DNA of 44,449 bases, taken from Perkinsus olseni (lineage: Eukaryota). The notes under the pieces were generated by a model, which saw only the letters and a list, made by a program, of their open reading frames with translations, had not been told where the DNA came from and did not search any database. The stretch covers positions 1 to 44,449 of the forward strand of contig JABANN010000273.1 in NCBI GenBank assembly GCA_013115125.1, read 5' to 3'. Every line of letters begins with the position of its first letter. Position 1 is the first letter of the stretch. Position numbers and translations under genes: made by a program. This document shows, one piece after another, positions 1 to 11,138 of the stretch.

Positions 1-1207
1 TTGGACCTATTTGTTCCTATCTGTCGTCCCACTTCGGACCCTGTGAGTGACCTGTGCAGTGCTACGGTTTTTAACCCTGGCGTGCATAATGGTTCAATCG
101 GAGGAGGCTGTCGTTGATAGCTAGCCGCCAGGGCCATTCGTCACGTACTGGCTACTCTATTCACTGCTAAGCTAGCGTGCATTGCAGGTCAAGAGAGATC
201 TAATCCGTTCATATTGCGGGGGATAGTTGAACATGGCTGCCTGAGGCTCAGGCCCTGAGCTCAAGTAGAGCCGCTCAACTGGCTCGTTACGTGGTGGCTG
301 CTCACTCGTTGTCACTATGAGTTGGAATCCAACTCATAGGATGGCTGTCCGAGCCTCCTGGAGTGACGCTGCTCGGGAAACATGCAGAAGAGCCATGCGA
401 GCTGTTACCGGCAGCGCTGAGTGCAGCATCTGGTATCCTCCCTCCACTGATGCTAGGAGTAGACTCGTGGCACACCAGATAGACGAGTCCTCGAAAGCTC
501 GGACTTGATGGCGGGCTGTGGTCGACAGGGCGATATCAGGACGATGCAAGATGGGCTATGTCACATTTTCACGATTGACCATGAGCGCCCCGGGGTGGAA
601 AATACACCAAAATTTTTTTGTTCGATGATTCGATCGGTGACATGTTTAAACGATATAACAATGTTAGGAGAGCTCATAGCCAAAATTTCAGGTCCATATG
701 AGCTCTAGGGAAGAAGTTGTGCCGGTGACATGAAACTGTCTCTTTAGATTGCGCGTGCTGTACAGCGCTTGGGGTTGGAGAGCAGCTCCTCGTGTCGAGA
801 AAGCCGTACACGGCATCCTGCGAGGCTTGCAAGCAACCACACCACGAAGTATCCCGCAGGCTCTCGCAAGGTTCCTGATTTCTCTCTTCCTCGAACTCTT
901 TGCATCCGTTACTCGTATAACTCTATTGTAGCAATCCAGTTATTGCTAACTGTCATGTCTGTATAACTGTCAACTTGTTGTTGTCTTCAACGATGTCCTT
1001 CGATCATGTGTGAGTACTCGACGATGAGATATGGTGATTGCACGATTCAAGCCTCTCGCTGGACACATCGACAACCTGTCTGCGACATGGTCAGCTAGTC
1101 TTCAACCTTCTACCAGTCGACAAGCCCTACGACCTACAACTCCAATAAACCCAACACTATCGCATCAACAACAGCTAACGAACAACGGTCCTTCATGGGA
1201 CGGCACA

Positions 1208-3258
1208 TCATTCGGCTTCGGAATGCGGGGTGGCCTCTAATGCCGTATCATCTCCGCCTGGCAGCTTGATCTCTAGAATCGATCGGCCGCATCTCTCCTC
1301 GTGCTCAATCGCGCTCTCATCGTCCTCCTCCTCTTCACTCTCCTCCTCCTCCTCCGAAGACGACGAACTCGTGCCGCTGCTGAGTCCCGAATCGTCGTCT
1401 GACACCTCTTCCAGAGCAGGTAATCTGAAGAAAAATCAAGGGCGACTCATAAAGTCGATGCAGACTTTCAAGCTTGCCATCTTTACGTCAGTCTAACCTC
1501 TTTCTTGGGCGCCGCAGTCATCATGGCTTCTTCCATCTGAGCCCCAAAGATGCCCTGGGAAGCCCTCCGCTTAGCACCGACAGCAGCAGTGCTTCTGAAA
1601 GCGAAAGAAGTACTTAGCTTCGGAGATCTTGGCATAGGAAAGTGTTACAGAACGTCAGTGTGCTCATTCGCTGCGGAAGCTCTGCGCATGCGTGCAACTA
1701 TATTCTGTCGGTCTTTCGAATCCGTTGACACGACCATATTCCTCTGCGTGATTTTACCGAAACCTGAAAACCTCAGCTCGAGTCAAAGTGCACAAGATTC
1801 TCAACAGCTCACAGCTGGCGTCGCTGCTTTTCCTCGACATGCTTTCATCCATGGCTCTCGGAACGAGCATTCTTGCCTTCTTTAGCGTCGCATTAGCTGC
1901 ATCATTGAGACCGGCAAAATTCTTGTCGACCAGGTTTCTCATCAGCAGGCTGAACTCGCCAAAGTCGATCGCGAGACTGTCGTTCTCGTCGACTTCTCGA
2001 ATCATGACAACCAATTCTTGCATCTGCGCTCGGTTCAACTTAAGTCCCAGTGTCTCGAACAGTCTCTTCATCTGTTGCAGTGGAACCTCTCCCGTGCCAC
2101 TTTCGTCCAAAGAATCGAATACCGTTTTGAAGCCTTGGAGTTCATCATCAGTGAAATTAGCCCGGGCGATGAGCTCGCGCTCACGTCTCCTAGAAGCTTC
2201 AAGTTCATCATCGACGATGTAGCGAACGACGTGAAGGAAAGTGTGGAAGTCAAGGACGGTATTTTGGGAAGGCTCGCGACCGTCTCCGCCCCCTCCTCCC
2301 TCCATGGACGTCACCACACCTTGCACCCATTTGATCACGCGAGCACGATCCTCGTCAGTGAGAGGCTCTCTGCCGATGGCGCGTAAGCAGTTCCACAGGT
2401 CCCCTCCACGCAGGCCCTTCTGCTGAGCCCCGTTTCGGGTGCTTGCTTGTCCCGAGTACTTGTCGAACGTCTCCTTGAACCAAACTAAATCCTCTTCGCT
2501 GAACCCAGCGTTCTCGTTGAAGAGAGAGTCTTCGATATAGCGGTAAAGCTTCATGAATTTCACGAATTTGGCGAAGTTCATGCGGCCCTCTTCATCAGGT
2601 TTGATATCATCCTGTTTTATGCACGTTTTCATGATCCGCTTTGACGGGTTCTTCCCCAGCCAATAAAGGCAGTCCGGGATGTCTCTCACGCCGATGGTGT
2701 CATGGTAGTCAGCGTGCTTGATGAAACACGAGGAGAAGTCGTTCAGAGTGCCTTCTCCAAAGACTCGTTCGATCTCCTCTAACACTCCAGGCTGACTGAT
2801 AGGCTCGCACTCCATCGACGCACGCAAGTGCGATAAACCTGATCCCGAAGAAGTCCGGAATCACTCGGGAATAGCGAGACGCACAGATGGCAGGGGTACT
2901 ACCCGATATTGACAATGAGCGGCTAAAGACCACTCCCTACCTCCCTCGGCACTGGCTTTCCTCGCCTGTGCTTCTCGTAGTATGGACGTGCGCCTCTGCA
3001 CGACTTGTTTCTTGAAGTCCTCGACCCACTCGTTCGTGAGCTCCGGAACCACGTCGCCCTGAAGGCCAACAAACAGTGTCACCGCAAGCCCTCCCTAGCT
3101 GGGCGGCAAGATAGCGAAGGACGCCCAGATCGCATCGATAACAGTGAAATCATCATCGTTCTCACCGTCCAAATGTCTTTATTCGGACTTTTTTCAATCA
3201 GCGAGCCCATGATGCCTCGAACCCAACTATCAACTTCGGAAGTTAAGGTATCGGTCAT
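1208..3258 (-). CDS. Multi-EF-hand calcium-binding protein (calmodulin-like domains) with an acidic Ser/Glu-rich C-terminal tail; about 6 exons
   Basis: The large exon (ORF 1754..2827) has EF-hand-like loops DESGTGEVPLQQM, DENDSLAIDFGEF and DEEGRMNFAKF. GT-AG joins link it upstream to MTDTLTSEVDSW.. (ATG 3258) and downstream to CFGKITQRN.. and ..LPALEEVSDDDS..SEEEEESEEEEDDE, with the stop at 1208. Confidence 0.8.
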
Positions 3259-3438
3259 ACGATGAACCTCTCTCCTGAACGACAGTTCCTCCCGCCCTCC
3301 CCACTGTCAAGAGAACGCAAACAGATCAGCAGTATGGGAAAGCCACGGAAAAGGACGACAGGCTTCACACAAAAACGACTGAACTCTGGCTCAGTCGAAG
3401 TAATACGATTTTAATTATATCGCCGTTGAAAGCACTCG

Positions 3439-5039
3439 CTAATAATAATGACGAGAAGGCGCGACATATGGCGTCCAGGAACGAGAGTAGCCGTCCGGGC
3501 CCTTGCCATATCGTCGCCACCTGCAGGCAATTTCCAGCACGACCGGACTTTCGGCAGCCGTACATGGTGTAGAGTGCAGCTCCAACCAAGATGACCACGA
3601 CGAGAACTGCGATGGCCGCGGTAGAGCCTTCACTGGCATCCGAGGGGGAATCCTAGGAAACACGAGTTGCTCGAGCGAGGAAACTGACGGCTCACGTTGG
3701 CTTCAACAAATACCTTCCTGACGCTGCAAAATCTGACGGAAAACCGAAGTCTCTTGGAGAGTACTGCGCGGTCGCTCACGCTCCAGCCTGGTCGTTCTCC
3801 CAGCCCGCTTGGCAGATGCACACTCCGAACTCGGCAGACCACCTGCCATGTTCTCCGCAACTAGTTGTACCTGGAAAGAAAAAAACCGCAGCAGCGGATC
3901 GAACCCCGGTGCCTACCCAAACTGGGCGCTACACGATTTCTTTCGTCCTCATCTTCTACTATAACAGGCTGGAAGGAGATGGTACTACTCCCTGTAGTGG
4001 CGGAAGCTTCCGTCCGGTCCAGAGTGCTTGAATTAGGCATAGAATTAGTTGTGCTTGTAGCTGATCGGGCGGTGGAGACGGTCGTACTCAGTTGCACGGG
4101 GATGGTGGGTGGCGGGGAATTAGTAATATCCTCGGGTCCCCTCTCATTCGCCTCTAGAACTCTCGGGAAGATCTTCAAGGTGGCTGTGCACGGCCCCTCT
4201 CGCCTACCGACAAGAGCAGGTGCCTACCGACCGACCTCAGTCGGGAACTACTCTCCAGTCGGTCCTGTGACGTTGAAGACATCCTTCTTGCAGAAACACA
4301 TTTGAAAAATCGCGTACCAGATGTACTTGCACCAGCTAGGCCTCGACACGTGGACTGAAAACGGCGCCTCCCGGTAATACGGTAGGAGCACGGAGACCTA
4401 CAGACCAGGGCGGGACCGTGCGGTGGGTGGAAGTACACGTACGGTCTCTTGCGGATGAACCTGGGAGAATGTCGGAGACGCCTCCAACGGCCGCGGCCTC
4501 ACAGCAAGTTCCCTGAGGAGATGTTGACAACTGAACTCTTTTTAGCGGCTGCAAGATCGTGCACGTCAACGACATCTGCGAGTGAAAGCTCGGGACACCC
4601 ACGGCAGGCCTTGAGTGCTTACAATAGCTGTCTTCGAGGCTTCTGTTGTAACTATGGCCTCGAGTCCACAACGCGCAGAACCTACAAGGGACGATGCATC
4701 GCATGGTAGAAGCAGAGCAGGACCTACTGGATGGTACCATAACTCGCATTCCTCACGGCGACTGATGCCCAGCCGTCATCGCAGCGGCAAGCCTTGTACG
4801 TGAACTCTTCGATTTGGACGTGCGGTGGGATGCTGGCGACCCACTCCACGTTAAATCGTCCTCGGCCGTCACAGAAGGTGTGCACTGGAACGTAATCGAT
4901 GGGCCCTGAGATGATTGGGCATCAGGACAGTTCTGACAGAACGCCGTTGGTTGGACTCACTGAGGCCATCATCTTCGCCCACGCAAACGATAGTAGCAAC
5001 AGCTGCTACGGCGACGAGCGTGATGAAATTGATAGACAT
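3439..5039 (-). CDS. Type-I membrane protein: signal peptide, one Cys/Trp-rich module, S/T-rich stalk, EGF-like domain, TM helix, short Tyr-rich tail; paralog of 38577..42957
   Basis: Hand-spliced with canonical GT-AG: MSINFITLVAVAAVATIVCVG (signal) | FCDGRGRFN..ACRCDDGWAS | FCALWTRGHSYNRSLEDSY | PPHGPAL | RPSWCKYIWY..CFC | S/T stalk (ORF 3861..4178) | CGEHGRWSAEFGVCICQAGW | AAIAVLVVVILVGAALY (TM) | WRRYGKGPDGYSRSWTPYVAPSRHYY*. Confidence 0.8.
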
Positions 5040-5797
5040 AACAACTGCAAATGAACAGAAGCAAACCTGCGCGGGAGCGGGTGCAAAAGGACGACCGAGA
5101 GCAACCCGGAGAGGAGATAAGATTCTGTCCAGTTGAGAATGGCGGCATAGCGAAGGACGAAGCCGTCGACCGTTAGATTCCTCCCTCTGATTCGGCGATC
5201 GAGAGTGGCTGCATGACTGTACGATGGCCTCAGTCCAGAGAGAGGTTCATCGCTGAGGACAGTTGGTCAATGGGCTGCCAACCTCGGGCGCCCCTCTCGG
5301 GTGACCCTCGTCCATCGAACACGAATGCTCTCCCACGACAGATGGGAGCTTCGCTTAAGGCCATTACGACCGAAACGATGTGCCGAAAATTCAAACAGAC
5401 AACTGCTGATTTCGTGAGCGCGTGAGAGGGCTGAGCCTTCTTCGATGAGCATCGGCCCAAACACCGCGGAGCCGCTTCGAAAATCCTAACTGCCCATCGG
5501 GAATTGCGCGCTTCCGTCTCGGGCGGTAAAGAGGAAGACTGCAGCGAAAATGGAAGCGACCCAGCTCCACCAACGCTGGCCAGAGCTTGACAACTGCGCA
5601 CAAAAGGGACGTCTCATGTAGAGGCGTAACAGAGAGAACTGTGCGAAGGGATTCTTGAGTCCAAACCGGTTAATGCTCGAACGTGAAAATATTAGGGCGA
5701 GCGCGATTGATTATGCGCAGGGGGCGGCGGAGCGAAGCGCGTTTTTTCGCAAGCCGAAAATGATGCAAGTCACCTCAGAAGTTTACAATTAGGCGGG

Positions 5798-6860
5798 ATG
5801 GCGGCTGCTGTCGAGGGCCAGCCTCCTCCTCCTCGTCCCCTGCCTTGGCCCGAAGGGACCTGTGTCTTCATCCTGGAGATGCCTCACAGGGTGGATCTGT
5901 CGGGTATCTTTGCGACGACAATCGTAAGTTAACCTCAAGCTGACCTTGCCAAGAAAGTTTCCTCAGTGCCGTGACGGCTTCCGAGTGCTCGTCATGACCA
6001 GCCATGGGGAGCTCTATTCAGTATCAGAATCTTATCTCCAACCCCTACCATGGGTAAAGGGAATGCGGGTCACTTTGGCAGGCCTTGCTAAAGCACCACA
6101 GAGGAACGGCCAAGTACGTGTCCGCCGCTGCCGCTGTGTAGGCCTTCGATCAGTGAACCCTTCAGGTCGGATGGCTGGTTGGTGAGAAGGATGGGCGATG
6201 GGTTATCGAAGTGATCGGTCAGGGCGGGACGAGTCTGTCCTTGGCCAGCGTGCGTCCTCATAACATAGTGTACGTCGCCTGGTGTAAAGGAGTAGATTGA
6301 TTTTTCTATTCATCAGATATACTCCCTCCCCTCGAGTCGGGGACGCCTCCCAACGCATGCCCCAGCCGATGCCAGCTACGCGGAATCAGTACCCAGGGGG
6401 AGGTGTGGAAACCCCGCCTACTCAGCCCCCTCCTCCCCCACTTCCTCCGACTGCGAGTCCGCAGTTCGTCGGCGCTGCGGCTGACTGCATCGATCAAACC
6501 TTACCAGTGTCTCGGCGAATGCCGGCGTTACTCACCCTCATCAACCTCAGCGGCAAATTCGCCGCCAAGTGTGTTTGCACTATGGCCTCCTTGCACATGG
6601 GTAAGCGCCGGGTCAAACGACCTTCTCTGTAATCCGACGACTTGTGCGCTATAAGCAAGATACGTCTTGGCAGTGTCAATAGTAATTTCTGAGTGTGATC
6701 ACGAGGCTTTGTCATTTCCGCAGATCCACGCTTCCCGGGTATGGGACTCCAAAGTTCTGTGGGAGATGCAATACAACTGTCAGATTGGATAACGGGGGGC
6801 TTCAACGATGCTATGGTCGGTTGCCCTTCGCCATTTCCCACGGCTCAACGCTCGCTCAGG
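5798..6860 (+). CDS. Hypothetical spliced protein with a small beta-rich domain (G..V.L.GL...P..NG motif) and a Pro-rich linker; 3' end uncertain
   Basis: ATG 5798 MAAAVEGQPPPPRPLPWPEGTCVFI..; GT-AG introns join to ..KGMRVTLAGLAKAPQRNGQ|VGWLVGEKDGRWVIEV..SVRPHNIV|YTPSP..PPPPPLPP. Later exons are ambiguous. Confidence 0.55.
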
Positions 6861-7289
6861 TACGACTGCCCCCGGGCTACGATCGAGACTCGGCTAATGA
6901 GGGTAAACTGAACCAGTGCAAGGCGATAGCGAGAGAGCGAACAACAGCTGATCAGTTGCTTTGGGTAATTGATAGGAATTATGCACAGTTGGGTTCTTGT
7001 ATTGTTTTACTAGCAAAAGACGATCGTCCCTCATCGGTTTAAACCTTTTCAGCGCTGCGCTCTTGCGTTGACTAGTGGAACCTTCGCGAGGCTGGTGAGG
7101 TTTTGGCGTGCTAACGAACTATCCGATAGAGGACCAGAAGTACCAGCTCTAATGTAGACCGTCGACATGCGGATGCCGATTCACCTTGCGCGTGTCTCGG
7201 TCATGCAAATCCTGCTCCGATGCACACGACTCACCCTAAACTCGTCGAACTCGACTCGTCCCGCCCTGCCGATGATAGCTGTGGCTATT

Positions 7290-8100
7290 GGACTACGTGG
7301 CAACAGCAACCCTGATGCAGGCGGACGTCGGTGTTTCTCGGGCGTCCGGAACGAAGGTTTTGAGTGTACTGTCGAGTTTGCGGATAGACGAGCCTCTGTG
7401 GCGGAGATGCTCTCGTGCATTCCACCGTTTGGTAATGCCAGGCTAATCGGTGTGTGACATCATCCGCTCCGACTGGCCACGGCTGGAGCCTATTCAAAGT
7501 GCTTGTCGTTTCCGAACTCTCAGTCTGACGGAGACTGGTCGGGTACCGGGTCCACTGTGTTTTGGGAAAAGTTTGGTCGGATAGTAGTCCCACGCGAAGC
7601 ACTTGAGTATATTTTATCTTGCATTTTATGCTTGTGGAGCTGCAACTAGGAGATGATCTCCTAGTTGCAGCTCCACAAGCGATCTTCTGGAGAGCGGAGA
7701 TTTTCAGCAGTGATCGACTGCGGCTGATCGACGAGAGTGAAATTCACAAGGAAGTGGGGGAATTCTGCTCCCGCACAGAGAAGATGTCTGATTGTGTGGT
7801 AAGCCGTGGGAGTATCTTCCGCGCGAATGAAGCTGGTGACACTTCAGGAGGTTGGTGTAGATACTTCTGATTAATCGTTGTTGTTGGTTGTCTGGTGCTC
7901 ATCAGACTTCGACAAGTTTTTCGCCCTTCCCAGCTCAATCGCTCGATGTGGAGGTAGGACTACAGTAGAGTTTGTCTTCAACGAAGAAACCACCACAATG
8001 CGGTGTCGTTGTTCGCACATTGCCTGCAACGATATCTCAAGGTGAGGCTGAGGGGGGATTTGGACTGTAATCGTTGTTAAACACTCTCGGTCCTGATAGA
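7290..8100 (+). CDS. Probable further spliced exons of an unknown protein (continuation of the 5798 gene or a separate gene)
   Basis: Exon-like blocks bounded by AG/GT (e.g. ..QAIFWRAEIFSSDRLRLIDESEIHKEVGEFC..|GTAAGC). No family recognised. Confidence 0.25.
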
Positions 8101-8526
8101 TGCCCGCTGACCGGAGTGTGTTGAGTCACAGTCTGGGGCTCTGTCCACACCGACCACCGCCATGTGGTTCGATTCGGCTGGCAGCTCATCGTGAGCTGGT
8201 TTAGTGTTATTGGCTGTCGCGAGCAGCTCGTGACAACGCGAATGATGTCTCGGCTTCCCTCAATGGGTGAGGGAAGTCGTTTGCCCGGGTCCCGATAAAG
8301 AGTTCGAGTCGAACTTGTCAAGTCTATTCGGAAGGTACGTTGGACACGCGCTCATCATCTCCGCCCGATAAGTGTAAGAATTGGGCCCCACTACAGCAAA
8401 GACAATGACGAACACTCACATCACATCCGGATCACATTAACATCACATCACATAAACATGATAATCATATTAGTATTGTTTTATGATAAACATGACATCA
8501 CCGCTTCGTGTAAAGCTCTATGATGA

Positions 8527-10831
8527 TTAAAAGCTCATAAAATCCGAGAGCGCGACGTACACCTCAGCATAATATTCCCTGAGAGAAGGTGGTAGCAATT
8601 CTGTCAGCTTCCCGAGACGTGTCGGTACTTGAAATCAGAATACTGCCTTTTGTTCTTCGGCGATGACCACGTGGCATGGGAGGCCCCGGGGATCTGCTGA
8701 GAATCAGAATGACGAAAGAAGATGCGCGCGCTCGCACTGACCGTGATAACAGGTGAGCGTGGCCGCGATTTGGCTACAGTAAGACTAGACCACGGGTCGA
8801 CCTCGACATTAACGGAGATAATCCCCTTCGCGTCGTTCATACCCTTCCCGCCGTAATTGCGATTAACGGAAGTGCTTGTTTCGCGTACCTGGACCATGGT
8901 GATCCAGGAAACGTGTGCTTATCGTGCTAAACGGTCGAGCGCTTCAGGCACCGTTTCGGAGTGGTGTTCGACCATGGTGTCTTACCTCCTCCTCCTCCTC
9001 GGTAATACCGAAGGCGTCTCTGCACATTGAAAAGAAGAATTCCGAGGATTTGTCGAAGCGAACCCAAGGGCAGTTGCTGCCGAAGTCACAGGTCTCGAAA
9101 GTGGGGTATTGGTGACACTTGAGGAACCAATGCAGCTTCTCGGGGTCATTATTGGTTGGGTCCCTAGCCCAGAAGGACCACTCGACCTATCGCCATGAAC
9201 GATCGGATTATATCGGGCCAACTCTAGCTCCACACTTTTGAATGATCTCCCTCCTAGTGAGCTCCCTGGTGCCGTCATTCGACAGTCTCGCCTTCCTTAT
9301 TGTGGCCAGCGCAGTCAGCCAATGAGGGCCTTGGCTGTAAGCCAACGAACATCGCATCCACACACTAGAAGATCAGCTTCACCTCTTCCGCGACTGCGTC
9401 TTGATCCTCGCACCCACAGCGGTCATCTTAGAACAAATCTTGGCAACATTGCAATAAGGCGATGTGCATCCGGGATCGTTTTCCTCCATGTTGAAGCCCA
9501 GAAGTCCCTTTGACGACCTGACAAGGGAAAGAGTTGCCCTGCTTCCGCAAATCTCACTCTGGTTAGCATTCGCCTCTCTTCCCGGTGTTCTGCGGCGTCT
9601 TACCACATCCACCAATCCTCGAAGTCTTTCAGATGATTCTTACGGAGTCCGAATACTTCCTCGAGTTCGGCCCTGCCTGTACGACTCCTAATACGCTTCC
9701 CCACGACATCATGAGCCCTGGTGACCTACCAGAGGACAATGGTACGACATCCTCGTCTATTCACGAGACCAGAGTTGGACAGTTTACAGACCTGCCCCCC
9801 CCATGGATCAACCCTGACGTACAGCTTCGAGGCACTCCTTGCTGCCACCGATCTTCTCGTTCTCGAAAGCAGCCGCGACGAGGTCGTTGTAACTACCAGA
9901 CCAGCCCCTGTGTCAATGGACGGTACTCCTCACTAGCATCACGCACTCCTTGTTCTCAATCACGCTCTTCACCGGAGTGGAGGAGCTGACTGCCGCGTTG
10001 ATGGTGTGTCGGTGACCCATGGCGCCCCAAGCGGCAATTCTCTGAGGATGAAACGCGCATGAGTTCCCTCTGGGCACCACCACGACAGTTGTGATATCAC
10101 CCTGAGCATACCAAGATCCAAGTCTTGCTGGCTTACCCCAGTGTGGTCATGTCCAAAGAGCGCGATTTTGGCCAATTCTTTCGTCCCGTCCGCTATGACG
10201 CCAGAGAAAAATCTGAGACATGCACCAACCTGTCGATGTCGCCGATCATCTGATAGTAAGTGTAGAGCTCCTTGAGATTAGCAGAAGTAGAATTATCTTT
10301 GACTGGCAGACTACTCCCGGAGAACCGGAGGATGTCACTGCAGCACTGCTGCTCCTCGCAGTGGGAAGCCGAGAATCAACGACTCAGAGTCCCTCGGCAG
10401 GGCCATCAGTATACAGACTGAGAGCTGCACTCATCTCGTTTCCACGAATACCGGGATGGCATCCAGCCCAGAAGCAGAGTACATCATCTCGGCCTCCACG
10501 TATTCTGGGTCAGCACTTTTCATATTCGAGTTCCCGACGAAGATACGCTGAAGATTGGATTCACTCTAGGAGACGATCGATGGCATCGTACGGAAGGCCC
10601 CCAGCCTGTTTTTGAGACGAAATGCTCCGTGTAGTAATAATTCTGGCAGAACCTTTCACTTCTCGGACCTGAACACGCCATCGATATTTCGTGTGGGGTT
10701 TATCATCCCACTCCGGTACTGGCCGAGTAAATACTTTCACCGATGTGCTTGGGGGCCTAGTGCGCAGGTATACATAACACACTCTAGCCGTGTGATCACT
10801 GCTTCATCATACTAGCGGACCGCTGTCCCAT
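8527..10831 (-). CDS. Peptidase family S28-like (PRCP/DPP7/TSSP) alpha/beta-hydrolase with Ser->Asp at the nucleophile; possibly a pseudoenzyme or pseudogene; start uncertain
   Basis: S28-like motifs in order: QNYYY..GPSRIFVG; VETR-FSGSSLP..NLKEL..QMIGD; KIALFGHDHTG|RIAAW..HTINAAVSSSTPV; IGGSKECLEA; NDPGCTSPYCNVAKIC; CHQYPTFETC..CPW..C..AFGI; NYGG..SVNVEVDPW; IPGASH; last exon ..ALSDFMSF* (TAA 8527). Confidence 0.75.
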
Positions 10832-11138
10832 CTGTTCTTCAGTGACGCTACAGTTGGCTATGCTGACATCCCCTGAACTGGAGCTGCGTGTAGGTCTTCA
10901 CCCGAAAAGAGAGACACCCGCCTTGATTTTGCGCCTGCGCTTCCAACTATATAGACGGCGCAATTCACCAAAGTGAACTCGCACGGACGAGACTCTTCTG
11001 TCTGTCAGCGGCTGAGTAGTTATACACCACGAGTGTCCGGTGGTGTATTCGCCAACGGCTCGCTGTGTCGTACTTATAGAAAACTCAAAGCCGCCTCTCC
11101 ATTGACACGGTAGACGTACGGGGGCACTCATGCGTGGG

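Noticed and set aside
1-1200. Short ORFs and possible exon fragments at the left edge
   Set aside because: No consistent gene model or family could be supported.
8412-8480. ACATC-rich low-complexity tract
   Set aside because: Ordinary AT-rich region between convergent 3' ends.
8520-8582. ATGATGA...CTGA, resembling a C/D box snoRNA
   Set aside because: It is the antisense of the last S28 exon with its stop and acceptor, and no rRNA guide was recognised.
9969-10175. GHDH..WWCP, resembling a retroelement integrase zinc finger
   Set aside because: Explained by the S28 nucleophile exon plus intron read-through; no RT, RNase H or integrase core nearby.
10898-11131. 77-aa ORF starting just after the dynein stop
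   Set aside because: No recognisable motif; most likely 3' UTR or intergenic sequence.
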